The translations under genes and the position numbers were made by a program. Shown here one piece after another: positions 56,866 through 64,000 of a DNA stretch of 64,000 bases. This DNA is from Myxococcota bacterium (lineage in GTDB: Bacteria; Myxococcota_A; UBA9160; UBA6930). Position 1 is the first letter of the stretch, and every line of letters begins with the position of its first letter. The notes under the pieces are model-generated. The model was not told the DNA's origin. It ran no database searches and worked only from the letters and a program-made list of their open reading frames with translations. The stretch lies in contig OZ245002.1 in the NCBI GenBank assembly GCA_965223415.1, positions 1,216,001 to 1,280,000 of the forward strand, read 5' to 3'.

Positions 56866-59715
56866 ATGATCGCGCGTGCCTTGCTGCTCTTCGTCTTCTC
56901 CCTCTCGGGCGCGAGCGCCCTGATCTTCGAGACGCTCTGGTTCCACGGCGCGGGGATCGCCCTCGGCAACAGCGTCTGGGCGTCGAGCCTCGTGCTCGCG
57001 GCCTTCATGGCGGGGCTCGCCCTGGGCAACGCCCTGGCACTCCGGGGCGTGCAGCGCTGGCAGCGTCCGATCCGTCTGTACGCGCTGCTCGAGATCGCGA
57101 TCGGGCTCATCGGGCTCGCACTCGTCTATGGGCTTCCGCTCCAGGCCCACGTCCTCGCCCCGTTCCTCGGCGGCATCGATTCCCCCCTGGCCCTGAACGT
57201 CGCGCGCTTCATCCTCGCTTTCGGTGCGCTCCTCGTTCCCTCGACGGCAATGGGACTGACCCTCCCCGTCCTGACGCGCGCCTTGAGCCGACGGGATTCG
57301 AATTTCGGCTCCGTGCTCGGCGCTCTGTACGGAGCCAACACGGCCGGCGCCGTCGTCGGGGCCGTGGGCGCGGAGGTGCTCCTGATCGGAGCGTTCGGAG
57401 TCCATGGGACAGCAGGGATCGCCGCCGGAATGAACCTCGTCGCCGCCGGACTCGCCTGGCGCCTGGATCGACGCGAAGATGCGACGGAGGCGCCCGACGC
57501 CCCTCCGGCCGACGCCTCCGTTCTCCAGCGGCCACGCATGCTCGTCGGTCTCGGTGCCGCAGCGCTCTCCGGCTTCCTGCTCCTCGCCCTCGAGGTGATC
57601 TGGTTTCGCTTCCTCTCCCTCTATGTCCTCTCGCGCTCCGAGTCCTTCGCGGTGATGATGGGCGTCGTCCTCGCGGGGATATCCGCCGGCGGGTGGTTGG
57701 CAGCGCACGCCCTGCGCCGGGGTCTCGACGCCGAACGCGCCGCGCCGCATGTCGCGCTGCTCGCCGGCGCCGCTTGCGTCGCCTGCTATGCGGCGGCGCC
57801 CCTCTACCTGGCGCCCTTCGCCGTGCGGCCCGCCCTCGGAATCGCGCCGGTCATCGCCGTCGCGCTGCCGCTGATGTTCCCGGTCTCGATGCTCTCGGGC
57901 CTGTTCTTCACCGTCGTCGGCGTCGTGGTGCGCCGCTCGCTGCACCAGGAGGGCCGCGCGGCGAGCGCGCTGACCCTGGCCAACACCCTCGGCGCCTCCG
58001 TGGGCCCGCTGGCTGCAGGCTTCGTGATGCTGCCGACCCTCGGAATCGAGCGTTCGATCTTCGTCATCGCCAGCCTCTACGCGGCGATCGGCCTCACCTG
58101 GGCGCTGTTCAGCGGGGCCCTGCGGCAGCCTCGTGCCCTTGTAGGGGTCGGCACGGCGGCCGTCGCACTGCTGGCCTTCCCCTGGGGCGCGATGCACGAC
58201 GACCATCTTCCCAACGCAGCGAAGCGCTGGCTCTCCGACACGCCTCATCGCATCTTCGAGGTGCGGGAAGGCGTGCAGGAGACCGCGATCTACGTGAGGG
58301 GATTCGTGCTCGGCGAGGCGTACTCGACGCGGCTCGTGACCAATGCGCTCTCGATGTCGGGAAACGACGCCCGTTCGCGGCGCTACATGAAGCTCTTCAG
58401 CTACTGGCCGCTCGTCTTTCACGAGGACCCCAAGCGCGCGTTGCTCATCAGCTACGGCCTCGGCTCGACGGCGAAGTCACTCACCGATCAAGCGAGCTTC
58501 GAGGCGATCGATATCGTCGACATCTCGAGAGACATCTTCGAGATGAGCGAGCTCGTTTTCCCACCGGTCGCCCACCCGCTCCGCGATTCGCGGGTTCGTC
58601 GCCATGTCGAAGACGGCCGCTACTTCCTGCAGACGACCCACGAACGCTACGACGTGATCACCGGCGAACCTCCGCCGCCCGCGGCCTCGGGTGTCGTGAA
58701 CCTCTACACGCGCGAGTACTTCGGGCTGGTTCGGGACCGTCTCGCCGACGGGGGCATCTTCACGTACTGGCTTCCGGTCCACTCGATCACCGAAGGGACG
58801 ACGCGCTCGATCCTCCGCGCCTTCTGCGACGTGTTCCCGGACTGCTCACTGTGGCACGGAAGCGGCGAGGACCTGATGATGGTCGGAACGAACGGCCTGC
58901 GCGTGCCACCGGACGTCGCCCGCTTCACCGCGTTGTGGCGAGACGAAGGCCAGCGTGCGGAGCTGGAAGCTCTGGGCTTCGAGCGCCCCGAGCAGTGGGG
59001 CGCGCTCTTCGTCGGCGACGCGAACTACCTGCGTGAGATCACCCGCGAGGCGCTGCCGGCCCTCGACGCGTGGCCGAAACGGGTCGCTGGGCCCCGCTCC
59101 GTTCGGAAACGGCTCGAGCCGCTCCACCACAGCTTCGCCGACGCGACCGCCTCCCGGCGCCGCTTCGAGACGAGCGGATGGATCGGGACCATCTGGCCTC
59201 GGGAGATGCGCGACGCGTCGCTCGCCTACTTCGGGCCCCAGCAGATCATGAACGACGTCTACTTCGCGACGCGCTCGGAGGAGCGCTCTGCGATCCGCGA
59301 CGCACACGACCTGCTGACCGGGACCTCGCTCCGGGCGCCGTTCCTGCTGCTGCTGCGCAGCGACGCCGACTTGCTGCGGCTGGCGCGGAAGGCCAGTGCA
59401 ACCGGCCCGATGGGGCCGGGACCTGCCTACCACCTGGCCGTGGATGCCCTCGCCGACCGCGACTATCGCGCGGCGCTTCCCCTCCTGGAACGCGCCGAGG
59501 CCTCGGGCGAGCTTCGGGGGACCGCGCTGGCGCTACGCATCTTCACCCTGGCGATGCTGGATGAACGGGAAGCCGCCGAGCAGCTCGCGAACGCTCGCTA
59601 CCAGGAGCTCGGGGTCGGCTCGAAGATCACGGACTACTGGGCGGGCCTCGACGAGCTCTTCGGCATCCGCCCCGCGGCGTTGCGTGACGACGCTCCGCTT
59701 GCGCGGAGGCCTTGA
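56866..59715 (+). CDS. Fused MFS-like membrane / spermidine synthase-like protein
   Basis: SGASALIFE TM repeats; LLISYGLGSTA, VEDGR, YDVITGEPPPP, NLYTREYF. Confidence 0.9.
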   Translation: MIARALLLFVFSLSGASALIFETLWFHGAGIALGNSVWASSLVLAAFMAGLALGNALALRGVQRWQRPIRLYALLEIAIGLIGLALVYGLPLQAHVLAPFLGGIDSPLALNVARFILAFGALLVPSTAMGLTLPVLTRALSRRDSNFGSVLGALYGANTAGAVVGAVGAEVLLIGAFGVHGTAGIAAGMNLVAAGLAWRLDRREDATEAPDAPPADASVLQRPRMLVGLGAAALSGFLLLALEVIWFRFLSLYVLSRSESFAVMMGVVLAGISAGGWLAAHALRRGLDAERAAPHVALLAGAACVACYAAAPLYLAPFAVRPALGIAPVIAVALPLMFPVSMLSGLFFTVVGVVVRRSLHQEGRAASALTLANTLGASVGPLAAGFVMLPTLGIERSIFVIASLYAAIGLTWALFSGALRQPRALVGVGTAAVALLAFPWGAMHDDHLPNAAKRWLSDTPHRIFEVREGVQETAIYVRGFVLGEAYSTRLVTNALSMSGNDARSRRYMKLFSYWPLVFHEDPKRALLISYGLGSTAKSLTDQASFEAIDIVDISRDIFEMSELVFPPVAHPLRDSRVRRHVEDGRYFLQTTHERYDVITGEPPPPAASGVVNLYTREYFGLVRDRLADGGIFTYWLPVHSITEGTTRSILRAFCDVFPDCSLWHGSGEDLMMVGTNGLRVPPDVARFTALWRDEGQRAELEALGFERPEQWGALFVGDANYLREITREALPALDAWPKRVAGPRSVRKRLEPLHHSFADATASRRRFETSGWIGTIWPREMRDASLAYFGPQQIMNDVYFATRSEERSAIRDAHDLLTGTSLRAPFLLLLRSDADLLRLARKASATGPMGPGPAYHLAVDALADRDYRAALPLLERAEASGELRGTALALRIFTLAMLDEREAAEQLANARYQELGVGSKITDYWAGLDELFGIRPAALRDDAPLARRP

Positions 59716-59945
59716 GGCCGTCGGTCACCGGGCCACGTCGGCCGGCGGCCCGGGCCTGCCTCGGGGTCCGGGCACCAGGCGGGATGCTTCGGCTCCACGG
59801 CCCGGGAGGCGGCGACGGCCCAGCGATCGGCCCGTACGAGGCCCTCGACTTCCGCGCCGAGCCGTACGACGATCCGGCTCCCCTGCGTTCGGCGGAGTCC
59901 CTCGATCCCCGCCGAGCCGGTGGCCCCCAGGCGAGGGAGTGACGG

Positions 59946-61076
59946 ATGAGGATCACGAGAGCAGCTCTGCGGCATGGCATCCTCACGGGCGGGGCGGCAT
60001 GGCTGATGCTCGCCCTGCTCCCCGGGTGCTCGAGCCCGCCCTGGACCGTCGCGGACGGCCCGGGCGCACTGCTGGGCGAGCTCACCCCCGAGCGCCTCGC
60101 CGCACGGGCGGGCGCGGCCAGGGATCCGGCCCTCCCGCTCGAGCGCATTGCCTTCGGGTCGTGCAGCCGTACCGATCTCCCCCAGCCGATGTGGGCGCCG
60201 ATCGCGGACGCGCGTCCGGACCTCTGGGTCTGGCTGGGCGACAACGTGTATGCGGACACCGACGACATGCACGTCATGCGCCGCAGGTACGAAGAGGCGC
60301 TCTCGAACCCCGGCTACGCCTCGCTCCTGCGATCCATGCCGGTGATGGGCACCTGGGACGACCACGATTTTGGCAAGAACAACGCAGGCGCCGGCTACTC
60401 GCAGCGGGAGGCAAGCCAGAAGGAAATGCTCGACTTCCTGGGCGAGCCTCGGGACAGCCCACGCCGCGCGAGGGCCGGCGTGTACACGAGCGCCAGCTAC
60501 GGGGAAGCACCCCACAAGACCAAGCTGATCCTCCTCGACGCGCGCTACCACCGGGAAGATCCGGGGCCGGGCTCGACGATCCTGGGCGAGGCGCAGTGGC
60601 GCTGGCTCGAGCGGGAGCTGACGCACAGCGACGCCCAGATCCACCTGATCGGCGGCGGCATCCAGTTCCTGGCGGTGGATCACCGCTTCGAGAAGTGGGC
60701 CGATTTCGCCGAGGAGCGAGCACGGCTCCTCGAGCTGATCGGCCGCTCCGGGGCGCCGGGCGTTTTGCTGCTGAGCGGCGACCGCCACATGTCCGAGATC
60801 ATGCGCGTCGAGGATCCCGCCCTCGCCTACCCCCTCTGGGAGGTGACCTCCTCCGGGCTGACCCATTCGTGGAGCCGGAACCCGGGCGAGCCCAATCGGC
60901 ACCGGGTCGGAGGGCTCGTGACCGTGCTGAGCTTCGGCCTGATCGCGATCGACTGGGAAACGCAGGCACTCCAGATCGAGCTTCGCGACGAGTCCGGCGC
61001 AGCCGTCGAGAGCCGGACGATCCCCTTGGCGGAGCTGCGAGCCGACGACAACGCAACGAGCGGAACCGGCCCCTAA
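59946..61076 (+). CDS. phoD: PhoD-family alkaline phosphatase (lipoprotein)
   Basis: FGSC, GDNVYAD, WDDHD, LDARYHR, SGDRH. Confidence 0.9.
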   Translation: MRITRAALRHGILTGGAAWLMLALLPGCSSPPWTVADGPGALLGELTPERLAARAGAARDPALPLERIAFGSCSRTDLPQPMWAPIADARPDLWVWLGDNVYADTDDMHVMRRRYEEALSNPGYASLLRSMPVMGTWDDHDFGKNNAGAGYSQREASQKEMLDFLGEPRDSPRRARAGVYTSASYGEAPHKTKLILLDARYHREDPGPGSTILGEAQWRWLERELTHSDAQIHLIGGGIQFLAVDHRFEKWADFAEERARLLELIGRSGAPGVLLLSGDRHMSEIMRVEDPALAYPLWEVTSSGLTHSWSRNPGEPNRHRVGGLVTVLSFGLIAIDWETQALQIELRDESGAAVESRTIPLAELRADDNATSGTGP

Positions 61077-61084
61077 CGCAACGC

Positions 61085-62356
61085 CTAGCGAACCCCGGTG
61101 GGGGCGGGAGCGCCGGTCGCGATGATCCTTGCGGTGGAGAGGTAGAGGCTGCGAGAGACGAAGCTCGGGGTGCGGTCCGCGAGCTCCCGACAGAGCTCCG
61201 CCTTGAGGGCGCGGGCGGCGACGACGTCGGGGTCGTCGCCCGGGGCGAGGGCGAGGACGTCGACGACGTGGAGCGCCAGCTGGGTCTCGCCTTCGGCGGC
61301 CAGGGCACGGGCGCGATCCAGCACCGCCCCTCGATCCGCGATCGCGGAGAGCACCGCGGCACCGGCCGTATCGGGATGGGCCGGGTGGAGATGCGTCGGA
61401 TTGCGATCCCACCAGCCGGTCTCGGCCCGGTAGATGTCCCGCACGATGTACTCGGGGCATCCGTAGAGCGGCGTCATCCACGGCTGGTCGAACAGGTCGG
61501 CGGGGTACTCCACGTCGTGGATGATCTCCTCGATGCCGAGCCCGCGGTTCAGACGCTCCACGACCTCCCTGCGCAGGTAGCGGAGCGCCTCGGCGGTCCG
61601 ACGCAGGATGGCCTGGATCCGGGCGGGGTCCTCGAGCGGCGGCCCGAATTCCATGATCACGAGGCGCGGCTCGAGATCGGCCAGCCGCTCCAGGGTGTCG
61701 GCCCAGCGCACCGGATCCCGCAGGCTGCGAAGCGGCGTGCCGACGTTCGGGATGCTGGGCGTCACGGCCGCACCGCCGTAGAGGATGCGCTTCTCCGGGA
61801 GCCAGATCGCGACGGCGTCGTCGGTCTCCGACGGCGCCCACAGGACCTGCAGCCGGTTCTCGCCGGAGCCGAGCTCGAGCTCGTTCCGAAAGGTCTCGCC
61901 GGGCATGGGCAGCGGAAGCGGGCCCGGAACGCCGCCCCGCGGAACCCGGAACTGCAGCTCGACGAAGTAGCGCTGGAGCCCCTCGGTCTCGCGATAGCGC
62001 TGCCAGCGCCTCACCAGGTTCTCGTGGGCGATTCGCCGGGGCGGCGGGTCGCCGCGGAGGGCGGCGTCCTCGACCCAGACCGCGGCGGCGCTGTTGTAGC
62101 CCAGGTGCCCGTGGCTGTAGACGATGGCACACACCGGCGCATCGCTGATCTCGCGCAGCCGCGCGATCATCTCGCGGGCCTGAGCTTCGTGCTGCCCCGT
62201 GTCGACCTGGACGATGCCGTCGGGCGTCTCGACACTGAGCGCGTTGCCCATCCCTCCGACGACATGGATCCCCGATGAGAGGGTTCCGGTGAAGGACGGC
62301 GCCGCTACCGGGTTGCCCGCATCCGCGGCCGTTCGCGTTCGCTCGCGATCGTTCAC
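61085..62356 (-). CDS. Alkyl-sulfatase-like metallo-beta-lactamase-fold protein
   Basis: VDTG, YSHGHLGY, SETDD, PNVGTPLR, GWWDRNP; metal motif partly degenerate. Confidence 0.85.
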   Translation of the reverse strand: MNDRERTRTAADAGNPVAAPSFTGTLSSGIHVVGGMGNALSVETPDGIVQVDTGQHEAQAREMIARLREISDAPVCAIVYSHGHLGYNSAAAVWVEDAALRGDPPPRRIAHENLVRRWQRYRETEGLQRYFVELQFRVPRGGVPGPLPLPMPGETFRNELELGSGENRLQVLWAPSETDDAVAIWLPEKRILYGGAAVTPSIPNVGTPLRSLRDPVRWADTLERLADLEPRLVIMEFGPPLEDPARIQAILRRTAEALRYLRREVVERLNRGLGIEEIIHDVEYPADLFDQPWMTPLYGCPEYIVRDIYRAETGWWDRNPTHLHPAHPDTAGAAVLSAIADRGAVLDRARALAAEGETQLALHVVDVLALAPGDDPDVVAARALKAELCRELADRTPSFVSRSLYLSTARIIATGAPAPTGVR

Positions 62357-63023
62357 TTCGCGTTCCTCCGAAGGTCGGGCACCGGGTTCGCAGGATCCAT
62401 CAGTGCGTACTCGCGCTCGTTCCAGAACACCTTGCCCGTGGGCCCGTCGGGCGGCAGGGTCGCCAGCATCTGGGCTGTCGGGTAGACGGCCTCCGGCGAT
62501 TGGAGCCGGGGAATGTCCCGACCCCAGATCCCCGTATTCGTGGGGCCGGGGATGAGCCCGTTCACGAGGACGTCGCTCTCGGCGCACTCGCGCGCCGCCG
62601 AGCGGGTCGCCGCCCAGACGGCCGCCTTCGCGGCGCTGTAGGCCGAATCGCCGGCGCATGGCGCATCCCGTAGATCGTCCCGAAGAGGTGGACCGCGATC
62701 ATGCGCTCGAACTCACCCTCCCCGAGCTCGGCGACGTTCTTGCGCGAGCCGAAGCCCGCGTTGTTGAAGAGCGCATCGAGCCGGCCGGTCTCGCCATGGG
62801 CCCGCTCGATGAGCGCCTTCACCGCTTCGGGCGAGCTCACGTCGGTCTGCTTCGTGATGGCGCCCTCTTCCGCCAGAGCCGCGAGGCCCGGCTCGCGGAT
62901 GTCGCAGGCGACGACCCGCGCCCCGTCGCGCAGGAAGCCGAAGGCGATGGCCCTTCCGATCCCGCTCCCCGCGCCGGTGACGACGACCGTCCTCCCGGCG
63001 ATGTCTAGGGACCGATCGTTCAA
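62353..63023 (-). pseudogene. SDR oxidoreductase with internal deletion/frameshift
   Basis: TGAGSGIG and NNAG in one frame; YSAAK and NGLIPGP in another; the segment between them is missing. Confidence 0.8.
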
Positions 63024-63226
63024 CGGGCACGAAAGGAACGGTGGAGCTGCTCTTCCGGCGGCGAGCTCCGGGCGACGTGCGCGGGTGTGAACTCCACCGG
63101 AATCGACATCGGGCAGCCTCTGGGTTCGGTTGGCGTCGCTCCGGGCTTTGTAGCAGAGACGCGGGCCGGGGACTCCTCGGGGCCGGCTTCTGCGGTACCG
63201 TGCTGGATCACCCGATCCGGAGCGCC

Positions 63227-63823
63227 ATGATGGCCCAGACGAAGGAACACGAAATCGTATCGATCTACCCCTTCACCGAGGAGGAGGTCGACCAGCTGAT
63301 GGACAACGCCGGCGAAGCGGTCCTGATGTGGGCCACCAAAGACGGCTGGCCGGTCGGCGTGACCCACGCCTTCTTCTGGAGGGACGGGAAGATCTGGCTG
63401 ACCTTCGCCGCGCACCGCCACCGCACGGCCGCCATCAAGCGCGACAACCGCGTGTCGGTGAACGTCAGCAGCCAGAGCTACCCGGCCGGCGCCGACCCGG
63501 GGCTCCCCTCCGGCGCGATCACCTTCAAGGGAACCGCCGAGTTCTTCGACGACGACGCCACCAAGGAGTGGTTCTATCCGGCTCTCTCGAAGAAGGTCAG
63601 CCCGACGAACGAGGCCTTCGAGCAGTTCTTCAACCAGCTCCTCGATACCCCGCTGCGCACGATCATCGCCGTGACGCCGGTCAAGAGGATCATGTACAAC
63701 GCCGGAACGGCGAATCGGCACATGCTCGGGACCGTCAGCGAAGACGAGCTGGGCGAGCGCCTCGAGAGCGACGCGGTGCGCATGAACGAGCTGCGCAAGA
63801 AGAAGGGCCTGGAGCCGGCCTAG
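63227..63823 (+). CDS. Pyridoxamine 5'-phosphate oxidase-like split-barrel protein
   Basis: WATKDGWPVGV...IWLT...AIKRDNRVSV. Confidence 0.8.
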   Translation: MMAQTKEHEIVSIYPFTEEEVDQLMDNAGEAVLMWATKDGWPVGVTHAFFWRDGKIWLTFAAHRHRTAAIKRDNRVSVNVSSQSYPAGADPGLPSGAITFKGTAEFFDDDATKEWFYPALSKKVSPTNEAFEQFFNQLLDTPLRTIIAVTPVKRIMYNAGTANRHMLGTVSEDELGERLESDAVRMNELRKKKGLEPA

Positions 63824-64000
63824 CTACGGCCGCCGAAGAGCTTCCGCAGCCGGATCCCCGCCTTCATGAACGGGTAGACATAGGGCAGCGCCTTCAGGAG
63901 CTTCTCGATCTCCCAGTCGATCAGAGCCGCGTCGAGCCGCGAGTAGAACCGGTGGAAGAGCCTCTGGGCGCGCTCCGAGCTCTGGTCGATCGCGTCCATC

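Noticed and set aside
59396..62278. 960-aa and 832-aa overlapping ORFs
   Set aside because: Arg/Pro/Gly-rich alternative frames over PhoD and the sulfatase-like gene
63824..64000. Minus-strand gene end at the window edge
   Set aside because: Too short to assign a product

Overview
GC-rich bacterial chromosome segment; the gene content (DUF3604, F420-type enzymes, PEP-CTERM, tRNA-Arg(TCG)) suggests a Myxococcota/deltaproteobacteria-like host (inference). A ~39.8 kb integrative, probably mobilizable element sits in tRNA-Arg(TCG), bounded by a 50-bp direct repeat (1039-1088 / 40793-40842). It carries a tyrosine integrase and Xis-like gene, an HTH replication initiator with internal iterons, ParA plus a centromere-binding protein and a repeat array. 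Next come a ~1.7 kb densely hairpinned non-coding region (candidate giant structured RNA or ssDNA) and a defence cluster: HEPN-like gene, Gabija, SF2 helicase-nuclease, a frameshifted REase-Lit-like fusion, an IS3-interrupted TIR gene and ParDE. It also has a second tyrosine recombinase flanked by inverted dif-like sites, a PEP-CTERM gene and a MOBF relaxase/T4CP operon without mating-pair genes. The integrase frame has no stop before attL, so its C-terminus differs between the integrated and excised states. Past attR lie IS481 and IS21 elements and cargo genes up to a third 21-bp att remnant (49313-49333), then host metabolic genes, several frameshifted or internally deleted. All family calls come from motif recognition by eye, not database searches.
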